64,000 nt of DNA, from IMG/VR virus record IMGVR_UViG_3300022561_000003. One strand, 5' to 3'. Shown piece after piece: positions 8,723 to 18,376 of the stretch. The position numbers were made by a program, and so were the translations under genes. The notes below the pieces were generated by a model, which saw only the letters and a program-made list of their open reading frames with translations, did not search any database and was not told the DNA's origin. Positions within the stretch are counted from its first letter, which is position 1. Every line of letters begins with the position of its first letter. This DNA is from a virus.

Positions 8723-10405
8723 GTGCATACAATGGAGAAGAAATTAGAAAGAATTAAAATAGCTTGCTATATAAGAGTAAGTACAGATAAGGAAGAACAG
8801 ATTGCAAGTTTAAGTAAACAACATGAATTCTTTGAAGATATAGCTAAGCAACATGATTATGAATTAGTTAAGATTTATGCTGATGAAGGGATATCTGGTA
8901 AGCAACTTAAAAATAGAGTTGAGTTTCAACAAATGATTGTGGATGCTCGATTAGGTAAATTCAGTTTGATCTTAGTCAAGGATATCAGTCGTCTAGCAAG
9001 GAATACTTTAGATTTTTTGCAAGTTATAAGGAAGCTAAAAAAATATAATTGCGACATCAACTTTGTAAATCAAGGGATGAAATTACAAGAGACTTCAGAA
9101 GTTTACTTAACAATTCTTGCATCACTCGCCCAGGAGGAATCGTCTAAATTAAGTGAGAGAGTGAAATTTGGTAAAGATATAACTGCTAAAAAGGGAAGAG
9201 TCCCTAACTTTGTATTTGGATATGATAAAGTGGACAACTATACTCTTACTATTAATGAAGAAGAAAAAATTATAGTTGAGAAAATATTCGACTTATTTGT
9301 AAATGAAGGCTATGGAAGTGGAAAGATAGCTGGAGTATTAAATGATCTAAAAGTTATTACTAAGAGGACTAAAAAATCACAATGGCACCAGGTCGTTGTA
9401 TGTCAAATTCTTAGGAATAGATTATATGTAGGTAAAGTTGTAAATAAGCAATCTCAAGTTGTAGATTTTATTACAGGTACTAGAGAATCAATTCCATTGG
9501 AAAATCAGATTATAATAGACAGACCTCAATTTAGAATTATAGATGATATTATGTTCAATAGAGCTCAAGATATTCTTGAAGGTAGAAGAGATACGTTTCA
9601 TATGATGAATAAAAAAGAAAGTACAAAATATCCATTAAGTAACTTGATTCGATGTTCAGAATGTGGATATGCTTTTAGACGTATGCAAAGGAAATATTCT
9701 ACAGATGGAAAAACATATAAAAGATGGGTTGATAGTTTAAGAAATTCTATGGGAAAAGATGCTTGTTGCAATAAAGTAATTATTGATGAGGAAGAATTAG
9801 AAGATTATATAAAATTGCTTATACAACAAATGTTTAAAAATAAAACTAAAATTATCAAAGGGGTTTCCGCTAGACTTAAAGAAATAATTAAAGAAAAAAA
9901 TAAAGGAACTATAAATAATCAGAAAGATATTCAAGTGGAATTGGATTCACTTATGAAACAAAAACAGAAATATATGGAAATGTTTCAAAATGAGATTATA
10001 GAAATGGAAGAATTAAAAGATTATACAAAAGGTATTAATGACCAAATCTCTATACACAAAATTAGTATTCATGCTGTAAATAATGCTAATGAAATAACCT
10101 TAAACATAGAAAGTATTGTTAAGAAATATTTTGATAATATGAGTAATATTATTGAAGAAGGAGAATATACTAATGAAGCATTAAAGACACTGATAAAAAG
10201 TATAATGATATATCCTGATGGCACAATTGAAGTATCTTTAGTTATTAGTAATGAACATAATTTAAACCTAATATTACCTTTAGAACAGATTGATATTCCG
10301 TTAGAAAATACCGTTCCAAATACTAATGACAATACACACTGTACTTATAAAAAGGAACGGTTTAAAGTTGTTTTTCAAGTTGAAGGAATTTCCGATAAAG
10401 GTTGA
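8723..10405 (+). CDS. Large serine integrase
   Basis: YIRVST catalytic Ser, DEGISG, KDISRLAR, recombinase domain, zinc ribbon IRCSECG, coiled coil. Confidence 0.93.
   Translation: MHTMEKKLERIKIACYIRVSTDKEEQIASLSKQHEFFEDIAKQHDYELVKIYADEGISGKQLKNRVEFQQMIVDARLGKFSLILVKDISRLARNTLDFLQVIRKLKKYNCDINFVNQGMKLQETSEVYLTILASLAQEESSKLSERVKFGKDITAKKGRVPNFVFGYDKVDNYTLTINEEEKIIVEKIFDLFVNEGYGSGKIAGVLNDLKVITKRTKKSQWHQVVVCQILRNRLYVGKVVNKQSQVVDFITGTRESIPLENQIIIDRPQFRIIDDIMFNRAQDILEGRRDTFHMMNKKESTKYPLSNLIRCSECGYAFRRMQRKYSTDGKTYKRWVDSLRNSMGKDACCNKVIIDEEELEDYIKLLIQQMFKNKTKIIKGVSARLKEIIKEKNKGTINNQKDIQVELDSLMKQKQKYMEMFQNEIIEMEELKDYTKGINDQISIHKISIHAVNNANEITLNIESIVKKYFDNMSNIIEEGEYTNEALKTLIKSIMIYPDGTIEVSLVISNEHNLNLILPLEQIDIPLENTVPNTNDNTHCTYKKERFKVVFQVEGISDKG
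10310..10361. promoter_or_regulatory. Putative attP inside the integrase 3' end
   Basis: Perfect 8-bp inverted repeat ACCGTTCC-N36-GGAACGGT, 52 bp total, central CA at 10335-10336. Confidence 0.6.
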
Positions 10406-10446
10406 TGTAGTAAGGGTTATAGAGTTTGAATTAAAAATGTAAAAAA

Positions 10447-10490
10447 TAAGGATAATATATTCTCGAATTAACGAGTTTATATTATCCTTA
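10447..10490. terminator. Bidirectional terminator between the convergent gene blocks
   Basis: TAAGGATAATATA...TATATTATCCTTA inverted repeat. Confidence 0.7.
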
Positions 10491-10521
10491 AAACTGTAAC
10501 TTTAAATTATCATATTAGAAA

Positions 10522-11223
10522 CTATAAATAACTATTTATCTTTTCATTATCACATTCTAATAATCCAAATAACTTTAAAGTTTCTGTTTCTAAATCTTTT
10601 CCAGTAGCATAGTATTCTGGGTTAATATAAATTGCTTTCTTATGCACATGTTGCACTCTTTTGATTAAATTAAATTCCTCTAGAGATTTTAAAACACTAA
10701 TAATACTTCTTTCAGTTAATCCTATTAATGGTTCCAATTCTTTTACAGATGGAATATTATCATTTATCACTACACAATTAGTTGGATATTGTATGTAATC
10801 TCTTAGAACATAAAACACCAATTTTTCGTTACTATTTAATTTCATATTCCTTAGTTTTTCAATCTTATCTCTGAAAACTAAATTACAATTCATATGAGAT
10901 TCAACATATCCTATATTTGGTCTATTGGCTTCCACTGATATATTATAGCCAATGTTTCCATCAAAACATTTAGTTTTATTTATCCATTTCTGTTCTATTA
11001 ATTTTAGTGAATCCTCATCTAAAACTAATTCCAATATTTGAAAATTAAAATTCTTTTCAGTATATTTATTCCAAGCAAATTGTAAATGTTTATTAGTATG
11101 TTTATTCTTTTTTAAGTCACTTGTATGTTGTTTCCACCTTTTAGGAATATCTATGCTACTACCTATATAAAATTTATTATTCACCATATTTGTTATCTGA
11201 TAAATCCCCATTATATTATTCAT
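10522..11223 (-). CDS. GIY-YIG nuclease fused to a RepL-like winged-helix domain
   Basis: GIYQITN..FYIGSS..RW..H; C-terminal LIGLTERSI...LKSL...IYINPEY. Confidence 0.75.
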   Translation of the reverse strand: MNNIMGIYQITNMVNNKFYIGSSIDIPKRWKQHTSDLKKNKHTNKHLQFAWNKYTEKNFNFQILELVLDEDSLKLIEQKWINKTKCFDGNIGYNISVEANRPNIGYVESHMNCNLVFRDKIEKLRNMKLNSNEKLVFYVLRDYIQYPTNCVVINDNIPSVKELEPLIGLTERSIISVLKSLEEFNLIKRVQHVHKKAIYINPEYYATGKDLETETLKLFGLLECDNEKINSYL

Positions 11224-11415
11224 TATTAACTCCTCCTACTATATTAATTTGCGAACGTGTATGATTTACCGCACCTTCTATTATTTAAACCCTTGTAAAT
11301 CCACAGTTGTTTAAACATTGAAGGTGCAATCTACCGCACACCTAATCTTCCTTAAACGTTGGTAACTATACATTCTTACATCAAACATCTTAATACTCTA
11401 TACACTTTCTTTTAC

Positions 11416-11991
11416 CTACTTTTTGTACTCATATCCGATTATCTTAAAGAATTCAGATATAGCTTTATAGATTTTAACTCCTTTAAACATTAAGTTAGGA
11501 TTAATTAGGAAATAAGTGTTCCTTTCATGCCAAATTCTAATAAGACATTTCTTATACTCAAGAGTTTTAATATATTGAGAAACCGTACTTCTACCTAGTT
11601 CTAACTCCTCACAAAGTCTCTTTTGATTAAGAGGTTTACCTTCAGAATCTACTAATAAATTCTCTTCCCATAATAAGTAAGGTGATAATGAGTATAAAAA
11701 AAGAACCTCTGGTTTAGTCAAACCATAAAGTTCAGTAGCACTTAATATTTCATTGTAGAATATTTTTATAAACTCATTCTTCTTTGCCCGATTCTGTTTC
11801 CATTTCACCTTTGTCGTATCTTGTACAAACGTATTAATGTTATAATTCTCTAAATTGTTTTCCTTCTTTAGTTTTGATATTGTTTCACATATTAATATCT
11901 GAGCTGCAAACTCAGAACTGACTTCACTATTAACCTCGATTAACTGACTTAAAACTGTCAATTGTTCTCTTCTTATTGCCTCGTCTACCAT
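11416..11991 (-). CDS. RepL-like (Firmicute plasmid replication domain) HTH protein
   Basis: LNQKRLCEELELGRSTVSQYIKTL...FLINPNLMFKG. Confidence 0.6.
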   Translation of the reverse strand: MVDEAIRREQLTVLSQLIEVNSEVSSEFAAQILICETISKLKKENNLENYNINTFVQDTTKVKWKQNRAKKNEFIKIFYNEILSATELYGLTKPEVLFLYSLSPYLLWEENLLVDSEGKPLNQKRLCEELELGRSTVSQYIKTLEYKKCLIRIWHERNTYFLINPNLMFKGVKIYKAISEFFKIIGYEYKK

Positions 11992-12020
11992 ATTAAATTG
12001 CCTCCTACTATATTAAGTTG

Positions 12021-12203
12021 TTACTTTTTTTTAGCTCTGTTTAATGAATTATATATAAGAAAATATCCATTGAACCTATCGTCTCTATCAAATACCCAAT
12101 ATGTCATGTTGTCTAATGGATCAACATCTACCCATGTATATTTAAGACCATTTTTTACCAAGTAATTTTTTAACCTTACTGATTTACATTCAAAGTTTTC
12201 CAT
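12021..12203 (-). CDS. Small hypothetical protein (DUF5659-like)
   Basis: CKSVRLKNYLVKNGL...TYWVF; same ATAGTAGGAGG RBS as its two neighbours. Confidence 0.55.
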   Translation of the reverse strand: MENFECKSVRLKNYLVKNGLKYTWVDVDPLDNMTYWVFDRDDRFNGYFLIYNSLNRAKKK

Positions 12204-12432
12204 ATGAAGAACCTCCTACTATTTTTAATGTTTATTGATTTACCTTAATTCCTTTTTATTTCCGGACATAATAAAAAGAGATAAGCCTAAACCTATCTCT
12301 TGAGTTGATATAAAATTTGAAATTTATTGGATAATAACACATATAAATGTATAGATATACAAGTCATATGTGTTATTATATTTGATTTTGTTAAATAGAG
12401 TTACTTACACCTATTTTCCTATGATGAAGCAA

Positions 12433-13863
12433 CTAACCTACTACACCACTAATTTTATACCATGCCGACCATGTATTAGTATCTGTATTACCTCGTCTGT
12501 AATAATTATTTGTTAATGTGGTAATATCGGCACTATTGTATCTAGGGTAATACATTTGTGTAATAAATCCTCTAAAAGAGGTATCACTACTTAATTTATG
12601 AGTGACTAAAATACCTTGGTTAAACCCTGTTGGTAATCCAACAGCGCCAAAATTAACAATAGAATTTGATTGACCTACAGAAAAGCTATCAGGCAATTTT
12701 GAAACATCATAGGTTTCAATTATATATTGGTTAACTACAATAATGGATTCTGCTATAACTTCATTATTTATTGCCTTTTCCTTTTTAAAAACAACACCTT
12801 GTATCTGTAAATTTGTGCTTGAAGATAATGGGTTTTTAGCAATACATACAATATCTACAATATGATGACCTTTTGCAATACTAAATGTCGTTATTTTTCT
12901 AAGTTCTAAAACTGTACTATAGCAATCAACTGTGCCTATTTCTATATTATCAACAACAACTTTAAATGTCCCTATTGATGGAGCAGTTGCATATACAATA
13001 CTTAATTCACTACCTATATATTCAAATTGTATTCTTGTATCTACCCATGCAAACGACAAAACTTTGTTATTCATATATTGTGTGCCTGTTATAATTTCCC
13101 CACCACTATTTTTAAGCCTAAATCCACCATCTGCACATAAAGTTATAAAATTATTTAATGGTCTTTGAACATTTGTTGTAGGTATAAAAAAAGGTTTTAG
13201 TTTTTGGAACATATATTCATGTCCATTTTGATTAGGATGTACATGGTCAAACATTAATGTATTTTGGTCTGCAATTACACCACTTAATATATCTGCTTTC
13301 ATAGTTTCAAACATATCAAAATAACCTAAATTATACTTTTTAGAAATACCTAAAACTACATTATTATAAGGTGGTTGCAAAGCATTATAATCGACATTCA
13401 TCATATAACTTGGAGTTCTAATTATTACATCACAATCGCATGAAGAAATTAATTCTAGTATAAAACCATTATAAGCTTCAATATATTCATTTAGAGTTGT
13501 TTTATTTGTTCCATTACAATCATTTATTCCACTACAAATAACAACTAAATCGGGATTTCTTGCAACTATATCTGCGTATATTCTTCTCCACATCATGTGG
13601 ATATTTTCACCACTAATACCCATATTAATTACATTTACATTAGCAGGGTTATAAATTGATTTAAGCCATGTATCTATTTTGCCAACAACATTAGGTAAAT
13701 AGTTAGTTGTTTCGTTTATTTCCGTTGTACTATCACCTATAAATATAACTTTTGCTGATTGATTATTTTGTAATTTTGCAATAAATTTACTTGCATGGAA
13801 TGACGTCTTATCAGCCAATTGCGACTTAACTTTATTTATTTTTGAATTTAAAATCATATCCAT
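12433..13863 (-). CDS. SGNH/GDSL hydrolase with C-terminal beta-rich domains
   Basis: FIGDSTT, NMGISG, GINDC, DHVHPN blocks. Confidence 0.85.
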   Translation of the reverse strand: MDMILNSKINKVKSQLADKTSFHASKFIAKLQNNQSAKVIFIGDSTTEINETTNYLPNVVGKIDTWLKSIYNPANVNVINMGISGENIHMMWRRIYADIVARNPDLVVICSGINDCNGTNKTTLNEYIEAYNGFILELISSCDCDVIIRTPSYMMNVDYNALQPPYNNVVLGISKKYNLGYFDMFETMKADILSGVIADQNTLMFDHVHPNQNGHEYMFQKLKPFFIPTTNVQRPLNNFITLCADGGFRLKNSGGEIITGTQYMNNKVLSFAWVDTRIQFEYIGSELSIVYATAPSIGTFKVVVDNIEIGTVDCYSTVLELRKITTFSIAKGHHIVDIVCIAKNPLSSSTNLQIQGVVFKKEKAINNEVIAESIIVVNQYIIETYDVSKLPDSFSVGQSNSIVNFGAVGLPTGFNQGILVTHKLSSDTSFRGFITQMYYPRYNSADITTLTNNYYRRGNTDTNTWSAWYKISGVVG

Positions 13864-13877
13864 TTAATTCACCTCCA

Positions 13878-14045
13878 TTATATTAATATCCATGTCGTTC
13901 CATCAAACAGGTAAGCATTTTTTGAACCATCTGTTTCGAGAAAAGTTGAACCAGCTTTGTATATTGTAGGCTTTACATCTGTAGATAATCCGAGTAATTC
14001 TGCCTTTGACCAATTTGCATCAAATCCAATCATTGTTACTGCCAT
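13878..14045 (-). CDS. Small protein (55 aa, not in ORF track)
   Basis: AAGGAGG RBS; GLSTDVKP...GSTFLETDG...FDGTTW. Confidence 0.7.
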   Translation of the reverse strand: MAVTMIGFDANWSKAELLGLSTDVKPTIYKAGSTFLETDGSKNAYLFDGTTWILI

Positions 14046-14144
14046 TATTTATTCCTCCTTGAGATTTATTTTTTATATAATAAAAGAGACTAGAATAAAC
14101 TAATCTCTTAAATGGTTCTTATAAATTGTAACTTTTATAGTACT

Positions 14145-14819
14145 TTAGTTCTTTTCTGGTACAACACCAAACTCAACATTTGGAGCTATTTCAGAAGGGG
14201 ATACCTCTACCCTAGTATTTGTATCAACTTGAGGTAATAGTGGTTCTACGGCTTCGCTAGAAGGCTGTGGGGATACTATAACAGTAGATTCTACAGGATT
14301 AACATTAACTACAACTGGACTTTTACTTTCCACAACTGTAGTAGTAGTTTTATCTGCAATAGTTGGAGAATCTGAAATAACTACTTGAGTAATTACTGTA
14401 GGTTTTAATGCTAAAATTTGTGTATTTATAGTGTCGGTAATATATTTTTGAATATCGTTAATTTCAAGTTTTAATACATTTATGGTAGGTTCAGTAAGTT
14501 GAGCATAAACGGTAGAAGCTACATTTCTTCCTATTTCTAATAAGTCTTCTCTAGAGGCATTTCCTTCTGATATTTGTGCTTTTAAATCAGCTACAATTGC
14601 CTGTTGCGCAGAGTTTACACCTTTGAGTACAAGATCATTTATTCTATCTAAAGCACTTCCTAAAAGAGCTCTAGCAACCTCATCTTTAATTTTGTTTTTT
14701 TCTATGTCCATTTTAGCTTTTGCCTTATACACAAAGAAAGTTAGATATGCTAATGCAAGCCCACCTAATAAAGTAACTGCTTGATTTAAAAAAGTTTGAA
14801 TTGTTTGATTTAAATCCAT
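14145..14819 (-). CDS. Holin-like protein with a long P/T/V-rich tail
   Basis: One N-terminal TM helix, helical body, position in the lysis region. Confidence 0.6.
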   Translation of the reverse strand: MDLNQTIQTFLNQAVTLLGGLALAYLTFFVYKAKAKMDIEKNKIKDEVARALLGSALDRINDLVLKGVNSAQQAIVADLKAQISEGNASREDLLEIGRNVASTVYAQLTEPTINVLKLEINDIQKYITDTINTQILALKPTVITQVVISDSPTIADKTTTTVVESKSPVVVNVNPVESTVIVSPQPSSEAVEPLLPQVDTNTRVEVSPSEIAPNVEFGVVPEKN

Positions 14820-14840
14820 TAATACATTCCTCCTAAAATT

Positions 14841-15236
14841 TTATTTTGCTAACATACTTGCAATTGATTTTATAAGACTAAATGAAGAACCAACTATATA
14901 AGATATAATTAACATACCTGCACCTATTTTCCACGCCATACTCATTTGTTTCCAACTATTGTGAGGAGCATCTTTAAGAGTTTGAATGGCTTCCATTGTA
15001 GCTTTTTGGTTCTCCTTTGCATCTTTTGCTACTATTGCTATTGTTTCTCTAGTTTCTTTGGCCATGGTATTTTGTGATTCTCTTATTTGGTTGATGTAAA
15101 TACGTGTTTCTGTATTACTATCTCTCATTGATAACATAGCAATACCTTGTTCTTTTGCATTTATTTTTATATCGACTATATCACCTTTAATATGATCAAC
15201 TTCCGTTTTTAAGCTTCCAATAGTTTGTTCCGACAT
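14841..15236 (-). CDS. Coiled-coil membrane protein (XhlA/holin-like)
   Basis: Coiled coil plus C-terminal TM helix, adjacent to the holin. Confidence 0.55.
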   Translation of the reverse strand: MSEQTIGSLKTEVDHIKGDIVDIKINAKEQGIAMLSMRDSNTETRIYINQIRESQNTMAKETRETIAIVAKDAKENQKATMEAIQTLKDAPHNSWKQMSMAWKIGAGMLIISYIVGSSFSLIKSIASMLAK

Positions 15237-15448
15237 TATTATTACCTCCTGCTTTTATTTTTACGTCTTATATTGGAGGATATATAAAGTGTTATATAGT
15301 CCTTCGTAATTTTAATTTGTTATAGCCTATAAGGAATATTATGTCATCTTATAGGCTATTTGATTAGATTAGACTACCAATACCACCACCACATTTTCTC
15401 AGGTCAACTCCCGTCTCAACATTATTATTTATATAATAAAAACACCTA

Positions 15449-16207
15449 CTAATTAATAGGCGCCAATTGTTGATTATTGTTTTCAAATCCAATCCATTCA
15501 TATATTTTATTTAATCTTTCCTCATCATAAAAGGTTTGTGATTTATACCATAATTCCATGTCTGAATTATTTTTACTTGAGTTAACACATTTTTCGCATG
15601 GAATTATATTCTCTCTAACATAACATCCATTTTTACTCAATGGTATAATGTGATCTTGACTAATGATTTTCATGTCTAGACCAGTGTAAGCATCTTTGCA
15701 ATTAAAAAAATCTAAACAATCCTTCCATTCTTCAATCGTTAATGTTGATAAAAGTAATTTTTTCCTCGTTCTTCTGCGTTGAGAAATAACATTGCATTTA
15801 TCTCTATTATCTTTTTTATATTGTGATATTTTATCTTTATTTTTCTCTCTATATTTTCTAGAAGATTCTTTTGTTTTTATGCATTTTTCAGGGTGTTCTT
15901 TTCTATATTTTTTATCACGTACTTTAAATTTGATCTTATTTTTCTTATTATATTTTCTAACTTCTTCTCTTCTCTCTTCTTTATCACTGTAGATTTTATT
16001 TTTAACTTTTATAATATCTTTATTGCCTTCTTTATATTTTTTATTTCTTAATTTAATCTCGTCCCAATTTTCTTCTTTATATTTTATAGCTTCTAATTTA
16101 AGACATTTTTTACAGGCACATTTAAGCCCGTCTTTATTCTTTTTACTTTTACCGAATTTATCTAGTGTCAATTCTTTTTTACATTTACTACATTTCTTAG
16201 TTTCCAT
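15449..16207 (-). CDS. Free-standing HNH endonuclease
   Basis: CSKC..CACKKC; DHIIPLSKNG...NIIPCEKCVNSSK. Confidence 0.88.
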   Translation of the reverse strand: METKKCSKCKKELTLDKFGKSKKNKDGLKCACKKCLKLEAIKYKEENWDEIKLRNKKYKEGNKDIIKVKNKIYSDKEERREEVRKYNKKNKIKFKVRDKKYRKEHPEKCIKTKESSRKYREKNKDKISQYKKDNRDKCNVISQRRRTRKKLLLSTLTIEEWKDCLDFFNCKDAYTGLDMKIISQDHIIPLSKNGCYVRENIIPCEKCVNSSKNNSDMELWYKSQTFYDEERLNKIYEWIGFENNNQQLAPIN

Positions 16208-16386
16208 TATTATTTAATCATCCTCCGATATTTTCTGATTAAATGGGAAAAGAGCTGTGTATCGGCACAACCCTTTTAATTACTGAAAATAGACTTCGAA
16301 CCCTATTTTTCAAACCACAATATTTTTTGCACAATAATAAAGGCAGAGAATTAATCCCTACCTTGTAAAGTGTTATTTCATTTTAT

Positions 16387-17397
16387 TTATTCTGTAAAGG
16401 CATCATCCGCATCATCTGTGTCTTCTCTAATAACATAAATTTTTGTAGTTTCTACAGATTTATGTCCAAGAAGTTTCTGTGCAGTTTCTAAAGTTTTACC
16501 TGAGTGCAATACTAAATTTGTAGCCCTTGATTCTCTAAAAAGGTGAGGATGTACTCTTCTGCCCACTATTAAAGTGAATAATTTCTTGCACCAATAATTA
16601 AAGTTTTCAGGTTGTCTTGCATGAACTCCATCTTTATCTTTACAAACAAACATAAATTCACAATCATCTTCTCCACGAACCTCTAACCATTTCTTTAGTG
16701 CTTCCATAGCCTCTTCAGAGAATTGTAATTTTCTAACAACACCAAGAGCACCATGTCCCTTACAACGAATATTATGGGTTCTATAAGAGGACACTTCTAT
16801 ACTAGTTTCTTTACCATCTTCGTCTTTTACTTTTACTGTTGATTTTTTAGGAATATAATTTGCAACTTCTTTTAAAAGTAATGAGCTCTCCGTACGCCTA
16901 CATCCTGTAGAATAGGTAAATTTAAGATATGCAAGTTTTTCCCATTCTTCCATTTCCTCTAATTTATCACATAGGAAAGTGTATTCAGTAGGAGTCAATG
17001 GTACTTTTTTATTTACTTCTCCTAATGATGGTACTTTAATTCCTTTGTTAACAAAATTTCTAAATGTAGGATACTGTTTCTGATAATAAAGCATAATGTA
17101 ATTATTTAATGTACTTACAGATGATCTTTTAAATCTAATAGCACTTTCACCTAATCCACTGTTATATAACCAACTCTGATATTTTTTATAGTCTATACTT
17201 TCAACTGTTGGTAATGGTTTGTTATCACAATATTCTCTAATATAATTTATCCAAATACGTAAAGATGAACGATATTGTGGCTTAGTTTTTGGAGATAATT
17301 CGTCACTATTATCTATGAACTCTTCAACTATTTTCTTATTGTATTCATTACACAATTGGTACATTTCCTCTGTTAAATTGGTTAATTTTTTAGCCAT
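16387..17397 (-). CDS. Tyrosine recombinase (XerC/D-like)
   Basis: TGCRR, HPHLFR, LLGH, TKIY: the R-H-R-H-Y set is intact. Confidence 0.9.
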   Translation of the reverse strand: MAKKLTNLTEEMYQLCNEYNKKIVEEFIDNSDELSPKTKPQYRSSLRIWINYIREYCDNKPLPTVESIDYKKYQSWLYNSGLGESAIRFKRSSVSTLNNYIMLYYQKQYPTFRNFVNKGIKVPSLGEVNKKVPLTPTEYTFLCDKLEEMEEWEKLAYLKFTYSTGCRRTESSLLLKEVANYIPKKSTVKVKDEDGKETSIEVSSYRTHNIRCKGHGALGVVRKLQFSEEAMEALKKWLEVRGEDDCEFMFVCKDKDGVHARQPENFNYWCKKLFTLIVGRRVHPHLFRESRATNLVLHSGKTLETAQKLLGHKSVETTKIYVIREDTDDADDAFTE

Positions 17398-17584
17398 ATT
17401 TTTATCGTCTCCTTAATTTTACGCATAATAAAAAAGCACTAATAATAATGCTTTACAATGTTATTTAATCTATGTTAAACTATAGTATGGAGAACTCAAT
17501 ATTCTCCTATTACATTTATTAACAGAAAGGACTACTTTTAATATATCCTTTCTGTTAATATCTGAGGAAATCCTCAGTAGTTAT

Positions 17585-18376
17585 TTATTTCTTACATATC
17601 TTATTTATCAATTGGAATGCTATTTCTGTTTTATTCCCATAAATTCCATCCTCAGATAAAGGTGAACCTGTCTGGGTAACGAAATTGAACCAACACTGAA
17701 AATCTTTGCAATATTTGTACTTTTTACTTTGCTTAACATATCCTAAAAAAGTGTCTAATGCAGTTTGGGTATTATTACCATAAGTTCCATCACAAACTAA
17801 TTGATTTTTAGATTGTGTCGATAAATTATAGAAGCGTTGGAACTCCAAAACGTAGTTTACCTTAGAATTGGGTTTTGGTGGAGATGTAACAATTATATTA
17901 TTTGTAGTTAGTTTATTTTTAAAATCATACCATTGGCTCCAATTATTATCACTAAATGAACCGGGACATCGCTTAAAACTGGCATCATAGTGACGTTTAA
18001 CATTTTCAATTGGTATATTTAATTCTTTCATAAGATATTTAATTAAATCTACCGTATTTCCTATTGTTTTTGTAGATGGTTTCATATTAAATTCAAGACA
18101 CATTTCTACGGAAACAGAATTTGAATTGGTTATTCCTCTACTCCCATGTCCATCACCAACAGCCCATGAATTTCTAGTATGGTAATCCATCGTTTGAATA
18201 ATATTATTTGAATCTGTAAAGAAATCGGCAGATGCATTTTTATTTCCACTAGCAAGATAATCTCTATTATTTTTTGCAGACGAAGAAGCTCCGACATCAT
18301 GTAAAATAATATACTTAATAGCTGTATTTCTAATTGAATAATTGTAATCTATAAACAGTTTTTGTATTGCTAACAT
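17585..18376 (-). CDS. Endolysin, N-acetylmuramoyl-L-alanine amidase (Amidase_2) with PG-binding-like repeats
   Basis: IILHD, HY...KRCPG; two DG.YGN.T repeats. Confidence 0.9.
   Translation of the reverse strand: MLAIQKLFIDYNYSIRNTAIKYIILHDVGASSSAKNNRDYLASGNKNASADFFTDSNNIIQTMDYHTRNSWAVGDGHGSRGITNSNSVSVEMCLEFNMKPSTKTIGNTVDLIKYLMKELNIPIENVKRHYDASFKRCPGSFSDNNWSQWYDFKNKLTTNNIIVTSPPKPNSKVNYVLEFQRFYNLSTQSKNQLVCDGTYGNNTQTALDTFLGYVKQSKKYKYCKDFQCWFNFVTQTGSPLSEDGIYGNKTEIAFQLINKICKK

Noticed and set aside
12331-12400. 14-bp inverted repeat ATAATAACACATAT/ATATGTGTTATTAT as an att site or origin
   Set aside because: It is adequately explained as a terminator or stability hairpin after the SGNH gene.
16387-17397. 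Tyrosine recombinase as an MrpR-like catalytically dead repressor of the 17-bp motif
   Set aside because: The catalytic residues look intact and nothing in the sequence ties it to the motif; not excluded, but unsupported.
17453-17480. dif-like site near the tyrosine recombinase (CTATGTTAAAC resembles a XerD arm)
   Set aside because: There is no matching left arm at 6-bp spacing; likely chance in AT-rich DNA.
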